From Isurus oxyrinchus (taxonomy: Eukaryota), in NCBI GenBank assembly GCA_026770705.1, contig JANJGN010000151.1, forward strand, positions 868,001 through 932,000: a stretch of DNA of 64,000 nt. Direction: 5' to 3'. Made by a program: the position numbers and the translations under genes. Each line of letters opens with the position of its first letter. Within the stretch, counting starts at the first letter, position 1. This document shows positions 53,919 to 64,000 of the stretch, one piece after another. The notes beneath the pieces were generated by a model, which saw nothing but the letters and a program-made list of their open reading frames with translations, was not told the origin of the DNA and ran no database searches.

Positions 53919-54257
53919 TGTATTTGTACAGATGTCTCCATGCTCTGTATCACCGCGCTATGCGTCGACTCAGTGCACAGTAATACACAGCGGAGTCACT
54001 CAGTTGTGGTTTGGAGATCTTTAACTGGCTACTTTTCTCGGCCGAATTGATAGAAGCAGAAATTCTCCCCCTGGCAGCGTTTTCTTTCTTCTCCTCTCCT
54101 GAAGTGTGTCGCTCAAGCAGGTATTCCTGTCCTGGAGATTGACAGTACCAGTGTACTGTGTACTGACTGAAAACTGAGTATTCACAGTTTAAAGTAACGG
54201 TGTCACCGGCAGCAGAGGCTTGGAAATGCGGACTCTGGGATACCAGAGAACTGGAAT
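53919..54257 (-). pseudogene. Leaderless NAR-TCR supporting TCR-delta V: open frame, defective RSS heptamer
   Basis: SSLVSQSPHFQASAAGDTVTLNCEYSVFSQYTVHWYCQSPGQEY..DSAVYYCALSRR, paralog of 46002. RSS CGCGGTG-23-ACAAATACA. Confidence 0.82.
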
Positions 54258-56969
54258 CTGTAGGGTCAAAAATAAACATTATTTGTCAGCGTAACCACTG
54301 TTTGCCCGGGGGAATTTGTTAATAGCTCTTGATTTTGCGGTTTTCTTCATTTGGTGCCTGTTCGAACTGTATTCACGATTATTAAATGTGGTCAAGATGA
54401 TACATGAGGATGATAATTTATTTTGCAGAGCAAGTTATTCACATCTGGAATGCACGGTGAAAATGGGTGATAGGAGCAGATTCAACAGTAACTTTCAAAA
54501 GGATGATGGATCTGTGCTGGAACAGGGATAAATGCATGTCTACGGGGAAAATGTCTGGTTAACGGGGACAATTGGATTGCACTTTTAAAGGGGCAGCCAA
54601 TGCGCAAGTGCCTGAATGTCATCCTTCCGTGTTGGATGTTTCTGTGATGTATATTAAATTTCTGTTTGTATTTTCTTTGGTGAGAGACAAACCCGAAGGA
54701 ATGTCTTATTATCAATGACGTAATCAATTACCAAAAATAGTTAATCGGTAGCGACACAGCTGCGTTGCATCACTGCACACAGCAAGTTCCAACAAAAAGC
54801 GATGAGCTTAATGATCCGATTGGGCCAAACTGATAGTGAACATCAATGGTCAAAGGTCAATTATTTACTGCAGTTTAACACTGCTCTGGAGTTTCAATCT
54901 GCCGTTCCTTCCATTTCCCTATTTTCATCCATCAACAGGGTCTAATTTATTCCATTTCCATTTAACTTGACATCTTTACATTCAGTTCCCCTTCATTTTT
55001 ACATTTCCTTTGTGCTGTTCGCGCTTCTTACAATCGTGGGAACTTGTCCCAAAGTCTCTCAGTTGTCGGTTTGTTTCAGTCTGTTCAGTTTCCACAGTGG
55101 TTTTACTGTTACTTACTGGGAACTGCTTCTTCCGGCCCTCTGACAATTTAAGTTCTTTCCGCCCATTGACTGATTCTGTCCCGGGTGCTCTGGGCGGAGA
55201 TTTCACTAGGTTTTACATTGTACAGGATCTGCAGAAGATGAAAACGCTATTCGGTCCAACTGAGTAATGGTGAAATGATGATTCCAGCAAGCAATGTTTG
55301 ATTTCCAGGTCTGGATAATTCAGAGTTTCCAGTTCCAGTGATAAAACATGAAGCCACACTCAGAGGGACAATGAAATGGGTGTGGACACTGTGTTTGGGA
55401 CATGGTTTAAAGTTCACACTCACTGCCTTGGTGAAATCTTGTCATTGTGTATAAACTGCCCTGGATCAAACAACACGTTCTGTTGAAATAAGCCTTGCTC
55501 CTGGAAACTGAAGGGGAGTAGGACATGTGGCTGCTGAATAATCCAGGCACCTACCCAAAGGGCAGAAAATGGCCAAGGAACGACTTCAGGAGCACAGGCC
55601 TCACACGGTTTCGGCCGAACGTACATCACTCAAACGTGGTTGATTGTTGAATCGACCTTTGAGTAGCTCCCGATGAGCTGCCGCTGATCCCCGATGTGCA
55701 ATCGGAGACATAAACCTCATCTGATTCATCGGAAAAGAAAAGAAAGATCTACAAAGACCTTTCTGCTTCATACACAAGTTTTGCACGTTAAATATTGTCC
55801 AAATTCTTTCCGATTTTGAATACTACTGCCCTGAAACAGCGCAGAACAACGCATGACATAAACATGTTTTGCCTCAGAGCTACCACAAATACAATTTGTA
55901 TTTTAAAACACATTTAACCTAATGCGATGTCCCTTCAGCAGGTAGTGGCAGTGATCTGCATGCAACATGAATTCTGAGAGGCCGATATGGCTGATCACAC
56001 GAGTCATCGTCTGCAATGTGGGAACACTGATACATATTGCTATCATTATTACTAATACTCAGATTGTAGTAGCTTAAATTTAGGAGACCAAGGTTCTGTA
56101 AAAGTAATCGTACGGTGAAGGATTAATTGAATGTTTTTCAATCAGTATTTGTTTGCAAAAAAAAAACATAATTTCTTCTATCAATAGGTTTCATTTTTCT
56201 CCTTTACATGTATTTTTATATATTTACATTTAGTTTCATTTTATTTTTCCATTTCCTTTGTACTGTTTGCACATCTTGCATGGGAAGGTAGCAAACGTGG
56301 GAACTTGTCCCAAATTCTTTCAGTTGTCGGTTGGATTCAGTCTGTTCAGTTTCTGCAGTGGTTTTACAGTTACTTACTGGGAACTGCCTCTTCCGCCTTT
56401 CGGACAATTGCAAATTTCTTCCACCCATTGACTGATTGACGGGTCTGATTGGAGTTTTCCCTAAGTTTTACTTTACACAGAATCTGCCTGAAGAGGAATA
56501 ATCCATTCTGCTCAAATGATTTATCCCTGTATACTTACTGCAGACCAGCCCCCATCTGCCTGAAATCTAATTGTCAATTTCTAGTCAGCTCCCTGTGCCA
56601 GTCTGTTCCGTTGTCCCTTCTGTATTTTCAAGTATTCCCATAATTGTATCAATACTATTTGCTCCAACCACTCCCTGGGCAGCAAGTTCCACATTTTGAC
56701 TTGCCTGTTTTTACACATCTTCTTCATCGTGTCTTTATTTGTTCTGTTTTTGACTATCTTATGTTAATGGCACTAGCTTCACCCACAAATAAACGGCTAT
56801 TCCACAAATACTCCAATGAACCCGTCCATTGCTTAAACGATTTCTATGAATTCTCCTCCTATTTCTCTGTTCTCCAGATACAAGAGACCCGGCGTGTTCA
56901 ACCTCTGCACAAAGAGGTGGATTGTTCCTGATTTCTTTTCTCAGAGGTGTAACAGATCAAAGCAGTTAA

Positions 56970-57500
56970 TATAACAAACAGAAGCAGGAGCGACCATGTT
57001 ACCTTTCAAAACTTTTCCGCCATTCAGTAATAGCCTGACTCATTCTCGATCTCAACATCGCTTTGGCGCAATGTCCCCATATCCGTTGATTCTTTTAGCA
57101 TCCCAAAATCCATTCAACACTTCCTTTAATACACTCAACTACAGCTCTCTGAGGTAGAGAATGTCACAGATTCACAACAATGATTTCACTGAATAAATTT
57201 CTCTTCTTCTCATTTCTCATGGCCGAATCCTTACTCTGAAACTGTGACCCATAGTTATAGACTTAACACCCTGGGGAAACACCCACCGAGAATCTATACT
57301 GTCCTGGAAGTTAAATGTTCTAATGAAATTACATGTCATTCCTCTAAACTCTTGGGAACATAGGCCCAGGCTACTCAACCTCCTCTTACAGGACAATCCC
57401 TTTATCTCACGAATCAGGCTGATGAACATTTGTTGCACTAGCTCCAAGACAAGGAGGTCCTTCCTTAAGTAAAGAGATCATAACTTTACACAACATTCCA
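56970..57500 (-). mobile_element. Decayed CR1 LINE 3' fragment
   Basis: LELVQQMFISLI..KGLSC..RLSSLGL..GHSFRVR. Confidence 0.7.
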
Positions 57501-58411
57501 AACTGGAGTCCATTTCAGTCATTCCTCCATGCATCTCACCAGTTAACATGGGCTCGGATTGTAATTTGAATGGGCCAGAGATCCTCCAATCATTCTCTCC
57601 CTTGCAATTAATTATTTCCTGCTGCTTCGAAATGAACATTCCCCCAGATTGTAAATGTTTCCTAAGGTCCCTGTTCTCCTTTATAAGATTAATACACAAT
57701 CCTCAGTCTCTCAGTGCGCTGTGCTGTTTTAATTAACAGTAATCAGGGATACAGATAAATTACAGCAATCCCATTTCTCAAACATTTACATTCAATGTAG
57801 AGAAGTGTCTGCAATTCCAAACCTGCACATCTGACAGCTGAAAAGGAGGAAAGTGATTGGTTATATGATGGCAATTGAGAGAAGTGGCGGGGTCAATGTC
57901 ACTTATTTTTGTCACTGGTTGCCCAATCATAAAATTCCATCTGGACCCACATCAGGGTGTCTTATATCTGAAGTCCCTTGTGTCACTCTCCCGTTTCTCT
58001 CCCGGGTCAGGTATTGAACGTGCTGCTGCAGGTATATGAACTGGCCATAGTTGTGTTGAGTTTATTCACTCGGTACCTCATTCACATTGCTCAGGTCGGA
58101 CTGCAATCTGCTGCCCAGTAGAGAGATCTGTGACCTCGCTCCCAGGCTCTAAGGGACAGACAGAGCGCCCTCGGTCAGAGTTAACACCGGGAGTGGAGTC
58201 CAGATTGTTGACAATCTGCGCTCATTATAAACGATTCAGAGTGTGAGAGTCCGTGATGTTGATGTTGTCACCGATGTGCCCGTTAAACCAATAATGGTCC
58301 AGATTCCGTCAACTCGCACATCTCACCCAAACTCCACTGATATCAATAATAAACTGATGGTGAACATTACCTGGGACAGGCTGTAACCTGGCGGTGTTTG
58401 GAGTCACTTAC

Positions 58412-58503
58412 CGGCTGTGGCAGTCACCACCGTCCCGGATCCATCCACATAATCTTATTTTCAGCACAGTGACCCCGCTCTCAGTCTCTCCGGTACAACA
58501 ATC
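58412..58503 (-). other. NAR-TCR J segment (coding 58464-58412)
   Basis: GATTGTTGT-23-CACTGTG, then DYVDGSGTVVTATA plus G and GTAAGT. The DGxGT motif is IgNAR-like. There are in-frame stops at the extreme 5' end. Confidence 0.85.
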
Positions 58504-58816
58504 ATTGACACCTCAAACTGCAGGGAAATCATCATCAGACAATAGAAACTGCCCAGTTATTGAGCAGATTAAAATAAGTGTAAAATATTCAATGTTTCGA
58601 AGCTTCTGTCGGTTCAAACTGTTCTTTGTGAGGCCCTGAGCTCTGAGTAAATGGCCCCGGGAAGGAGATGTTTGCTTCATATAAACCGAGAAAATATCAA
58701 AGAAAGATAACTGAATGGTGGAAATTACAAGAAATATAACCAGATTACAGTGATAATAACATCAACCCGACAATTTCCTATCCGGGCCCAGAGAATTTAA
58801 ACAGTGATCGTACAGA

Positions 58817-59327
58817 GATATTTGCTCCGGTCTGCCCCACTCTGACTGTACCGCATGCTATACATATACAGAGCTTTACAGTAATAGGTGGTGGTGTTTC
58901 CAACTCTCAGATCCCTAATTTCCAGCGAAAATGTATTTTCTGCTTTATTCACCGACACAACAAATCTCCCCTCGCTGGAGATCCGCTCCCGGTCTGGGTT
59001 TGTCTGAAGAAATCCCTGCCCGTCAAGGGACGAGAGAAAAAGCCACCATAGAAAACGCAGGTGATGGTGAGAGACTGACACTCCTTCCTGGTCACCGCTG
59101 CCGGGGTCTGTACCACTGACTGACTGAAAGAGCCTGGAAATTAAACAGAGAGAGTTTAATGGAGAATCAGAGCGGAACCACAGAGCGGGGTCAAAACCCC
59201 GGACATTGTCTGGAATTGGGATGGACTCGGGCAGCTTTATATTAAACAAACACAGTGTCGGTTTGTTTGATCGGTACTCACGGGGTAAGCGGACACACAG
59301 GGTGAAAAGAAAGAGAATTCCAATCGT
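58817..59327 (-). pseudogene. NAR-TCR V fused directly to D (leader 59327-59282, V-D 59133-58845, D 3' 12-RSS 58844-58817)
   Basis: Paralog of the 41835 V. ATGATG is mutated to ACGATT and there is a 10-nt frameshift deletion. YYCKALYMYSMRYS is followed immediately by CAGAGTG-12-GCAAATATC. Confidence 0.88.
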
Positions 59328-60665
59328 TCTGCTGCCTGGAGCTGAGGGTTCATATGACGGGGAGCTGGAGACTGTAGGCCCGGACTGCACTGGGAGACCG
59401 GACCTCAGAGCTGGACCTAAATATTTAAGTGGGTGCTGAGTTGATTTGCACAGGACAGTTCCGCTCTGATCATTGACGGGCCGCACGGTTCCCGGGTCGC
59501 TGGCTAAGTGTGTGACTAAGAGACAGGTTTATGAAAGGAGACTGCAATTTTTTGACTCTTCATTTGGATCGTGATCCGGATGTGAAAGGTCCTCCTGCAA
59601 TACTCTGGGGTACAGAGGTGGGGGAGGGGAGCTTTTCTTTCTGCCAGTTACGCTGCCGCCTTCAAATCCCCGCAATAATGAACTGGGAGGTCGGTGCGTG
59701 TGTTTGTATCGGGTGGTGTTTGAGAGATGGCGCTTCCCGTCAGTCCCTCAGCCTGACCAGTAAAGCCAATGAGTTCGAGGGGCTGAACGGTGACCCGGCA
59801 CTACACCAAGGAGGCAGGAACACCCGGGAGACTTTAATCCAACGAACCTTCAGTTAATCCCACACAAATGGGTTTGCAAGCCAGCATTACGTGGCGCATT
59901 CATATGCAGCACTTTAGTGCGACATCTGTCACTTCATCAGCTGCAACAAGGGGCTTTGGACACAAATCTAAATATCCACTCAAACACAAATGACAGGTCT
60001 GTGAAACATACAAATGCAGCACAAAGGAGCCACCCTCAGTCATAGAAATACATGTGGATTTTATTTTGATCCATCATCTGGTCCAACAAATTTGCCTCAT
60101 ATTTCCTTTCCATTCCCGTGCAGTTTTTCTCTACTGCGCTGTCCCCATGGCCTCTGATCACGATGGTCTTATTGGATGAGGCAAACAGAAACTACATTTA
60201 TTGATTGACTTTAAGTCCGATATAAATGCGAAAACTCCAAAGCAACTTTCACGACGCCTGGAGGTGTTTAGGCGTCAGTGCTTGCTCACCGATTTGTCCT
60301 ATTCTGTCTTCACTCCCAATTTAACGTATTTATTTCCACGTGTTTTACTGCGGTGGGAATGTTTACTTCGAGGAGAGATTTACCCAGCAGAGAGACATCA
60401 AGGCAAAGGGACAGACAAGCTAAGAAGGTCAGAGCGAGGGAGGGGGAACCAACCAGTGAATTAAACTATCCGCAGCTCACATTCATTGGTGCGTAGCTGT
60501 CATCAGCTCGGACAGACAAGTGAATCTTCTCCTTGGGAAACGCCCCTCTCTGCCTCAATAAGTGGAGCCCGATCCTGTTCTGGGTTTCACTTTAATATCA
60601 GACTAGAGGGACCAACATATTAAGAAGAACCTGTGATTTTTTTGTCGAGCTCGAAACCAGATACC

Positions 60666-61131
60666 ATGAGCTCACCATGTCCCTTACTCCCAATAATTGC
60701 CTTGCTGCCTGGTAAGTCTATGTCTACATAGTCACTGTGTTTACGGGGTTGTATTTCCTCGCCAGCTTTGAACCATTCTGTATATGTGTTACAGGGTCGA
60801 ATGGCACAGATTCAATGTCCCAGGATCCGTCTGCATTAATGATAATGGAAGTACAGAGCATAATACTGGGCTGCAGTTACTCGCCTGCCGGCCCTGTCAC
60901 AACTCTGTTCTGGCATGTCCAGTATCCCGGGGAAGCTGCGAGACATTTACTGAAGCTTGGGGAATGAAGAAAGGCTTCCAAGCTAACCAGACAGATTTTC
61001 TGGTTATTTCCACAAAGGAAATATAGCGTCTCCTTTAAATATCGCCGGGGAACTTCTCTCCGAAAGCGCCGTGTATTTCTGTGCCCTGGAGCTCAGTGCT
61101 GCGGAGATATTGCCGATCCCGTGCTGAAACC
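60666..61131 (+). pseudogene. TCR V pseudogene, 24-spacer clade (leader 60666-60711, V 60795-61091)
   Basis: MSSPCPLLPIIALLP then GTAAGT. V reads DSMSQDPSAL..LGCSY..WHVQYPGEA..*..AVYFCALE. RSS CTCAGTG-24-GCTGAAACC. Confidence 0.85.
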
Positions 61132-61154
61132 TCACTGAGAGGTACAGTTAGTGC

Positions 61155-61168
61155 CCACCAGAGGGCGC
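61155..61168 (+). promoter_or_regulatory. CTCF-binding motif next to an RSS (equivalents at 15505-15518 and 16777-16790 on the minus strand)
   Basis: CCACCAGAGGGCGC fits the vertebrate CTCF core. Motif match only; binding is not shown. Confidence 0.65.
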
Positions 61169-61959
61169 TCTCACACCGATAAACATAAGCAATAAAGCAG
61201 CCGCCACAGTGAGGGCCACAGAAAGAGTCAAAACACATCAAACACGAAGAGCTGAGGAACACTTGCGCAATTATATTAATCAATTTCAACTCACGTATGT
61301 ACCATAATCGACATTCCTAAATCGATTTGATCGCTTTCATATATTTATTGCCGTTTGACACAGTTTCAGTGCCTGTTTGAGATATTGAACAACCAGATGA
61401 TCGGCTGAAGCCTCGTCCACGCACAGGACACGTGTGCGGTTTCTCTCTGCTGTGAATGGTGCTTTCTCCTTCCATGTTCAAAATCCGATGATATTCAGGT
61501 TACGATAAATTGGGTAACTCTTGACAGATCCTGATGTGATGCTTGGTTTGAGTTTCCGGACTCGAAATCCTCCCCTTCTAAAAACCTGTCAAAATGTTTT
61601 AAAATAGAAAAAAGTGAGAGAGACCCCACAAAAACACAAAGACAGGTTGTGAAATTGAGCTGAATGAATCTGGTGATTTGTGGGGCCGACACTAGGAAAA
61701 AGTGACCATGAAAACTGCTGGACTGTCGTAAAACCCCAACTGGTTCACTAATGCGCTTCAGGGAAGGAAACATGCCACCCAGTCTGGTCCTATACAAGAC
61801 TCTGGAATATGGGGGGAATAAGAGTGAAAGAGGCCTGGGAGCAGAAGCAGAGAACGAGAGGAATATTATTTATATTTGTGCAAATCGACCAGAACTTTGA
61901 CAGAATCTCATGAATCCTCAATCTCCACCACCTAGAAGGACCAGGGTAGCAGGTGTATG

Positions 61960-62500
61960 TGAACACCATCACCTCCAGGTTCTCCTGCAAGTCACACACA
62001 TCCTGACCTGCCCAACACCCAGCACTGGATGAGGAGAATTTTCCTCCATTTAAATATTGAGAAGGCTGAAGCCGTTGACTTCAGTCCCCAGTACAAACTC
62101 CACTCCCTAGGCACCGACTCCAGCCCCCTCCCTGTCAACTGCCTGAGGCTGAAAGAGATTGTTCAAAACAATGGTGTCATATTTGACCCCAAGACAAGCT
62201 CCACCCACATACCTGCATCATCATGAAGACTGGATTCCACTTTAGTAACATCGCCAGACTCCACCCCAGTCTCAGCTCATCTGCTGCTGAAACCATCATC
62301 CATTCCTTTGTTCCCTCTGAGATGTCTGGACTCTACTTCTGATTTCCTGACAATTCCTGATTTCATTTGCTCCACATTTGGTACCTGTAGCTGCCAAGGC
62401 CATAAACTCTGGGAATTCATTACTAATCCTGTCCACCTCTCTATCTTCCTTTCCTCCTTTAAGATACTCCTTTATAAAGACCTCTGCTTCCGGTACCCCA
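61960..62500 (+). mobile_element. L2-like LINE RT fragment
   Basis: WMRRIFLHLNIEKAEAV..VQNNGVIFD resembles the L2 ORF2 C-terminal region. Confidence 0.65.
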
Positions 62501-63039
62501 TGAGTTCATAGAAGCAATCACTATCAGTCCAGGATGGAAATTCAGAGGAGACAAATATTTTCTTGCTTTGAGTTTGCTGTGCATAAATCCTCCCCTTCTA
62601 ACCCCCTGTAAAAGGAGTTTCCAAAATCCATCCCAGCACAGAAATTCACAGCATTCTCTCCTCCTCCTTCCTGGTCCAGGATGACCTCACATGTGTCCTC
62701 TGCACATTGTCCCTCGTTGTCATCAGCAGTCCCTCGATTAGAGGGTGATGTCTACTCAGGGTTGTGAGTTTCTGCCATTGGTCTTCATGTGACTGAACAG
62801 ACACGCAGATCTTTGGACACATGGGGCAGGTCATCTATGAGATAGTGAGATCAGGAGAGGAGGATTTTCTTCCTTTTCTTGCCTTCTCTGCTGCTGCTTT
62901 GCCTCATCAATAAGACATTATCGATCAGCTCAAAGGTTAATACAGCTTGATGGACAAGTTGTCATCATTTTGAACAATGGGTAATACGCTCCTCCCAGTC
63001 ATTACAACATTGGCCCCTACAAAGATGCTAGTCATGCAC

Positions 63040-63360
63040 GTGGCCATTGTGGTGACATAGTGGCATTGTGATGTACTCGTATTCAAGAGACCCAGGGTAA
63101 TGCTCTGGGGACGTGGGTTCAATCCCCACCACAGTAGATGGTGAAATTTGAATTCAATAAAAATCTGAAATTAAAAATCTAAAGATGACCATGAAACCAT
63201 TGTCGATTGTTATAAAAATCCTTACCTGGTCTGGCCTATCTGTGACCCCAGACCCTGCAGCAATGTGATGATTCTTAACTGCCCTCTGAACAAGGAAACT
63301 TAGGAATGGCCAGTAACTGCTGGCCCAGCCACTGACACCCACATCCCAGGAATGAATAAA
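63040..63360 (+). mobile_element. tRNA-derived SINE (related fragments at 1-140, 21630-21870, 39500-39730, 40620-40830)
   Basis: Box-B-like GGGTTCAATCCC, a shared GATGACCATGAAACCATTGTCGATTGT core and a LINE-like tail. Confidence 0.65.
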
Positions 63361-64000
63361 AAATGATGGGGCCTTTAGCCTGAGCTGAACATGGCTGCGG
63401 GTTTACACAACATGTCTCTGTCCATCGCTCGCTCCGCCCTGCCATCCCCCGCCCCGCCTTCACCCATTGTAGACCCCCCTTATCCGCACTGCACATGCTT
63501 CAGTCAGCCCCGCCTCCTCATTGGTTGCAGGGCCAGCCTCTCGTGTGCACGTGTCCCCCAGTCCCGCCCCCTTTTCCTATTGGTCCGGAGCAACGGTCAA
63601 TTGTGACGGTTTCAGACGCTGAAAGCGGCCACAGACTCAGCCTGACTTGCTGATTCTTGGCAGCATTTTCTGTTTGGGAATTAGAGCTAGAGATGGATGG
63701 TCAGTTCCCCTCTGTCCGGGGGGATTCACACTCATTTCCCCAGTGCAGTGATTATCACATTTACTTTACATGAGAGAGACCCAGGTTCAATCCCGGCCGA
63801 AACTTTGTGTTTAAAATTATTACCGATGAGGAATTAACAATTAGTTTAGTTTCATGTCGAACAGGGTGATAATTACTAAAACAAAAACAAAAATACCTGG
63901 AAAAACTCAGCAGGTCTGGCAGCATTTGTGGAGAGGAGCACAGTTAATGTTTCGAGTCCCAATGACCCTTCAAGACAATTACTGCTGTCTCATTCTTTAA

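Noticed and set aside
58797-59486. 229-aa ORF as an intact gene
   Set aside because: It reads through promoter, leader, intron and a frameshifted V, so the open frame is incidental.

Overview
Vertebrate genomic DNA, most likely from a cartilaginous fish (shark or ray), covering part of the T-cell receptor alpha/delta (TRA/TRD) locus. It holds about 20 V gene segments or relics in both orientations, each built as leader exon, short intron, V exon and RSS. Only three conventional V segments look intact (2485, 4822, 31648). Two NAR-TCR cassettes (IgNAR-like V, D, J, then a leaderless supporting TCR-delta V) lie as an inverted pair at about 41.4-46.3 kb (+) and 53.9-59.7 kb (-). They converge on a central block with a TCR J segment, a G-rich repeat and a V pseudogene. 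NAR-TCR itself is a known shark system. The less expected observations are: an apparently germline-joined V-D in the minus cassette; a V clade with 24-bp-spacer RSSs, three of them followed by a CTCF motif; a 90-bp-arm fold-back palindrome inside a V exon; and a G-skewed, TGCA/octamer-rich repeat directly after the J. The rest is CR1/L2-type LINE and SINE debris, simple repeats, local duplications and five N gaps. No constant-region exon is visible. Coordinates were read by hand and repeat boundaries are approximate.
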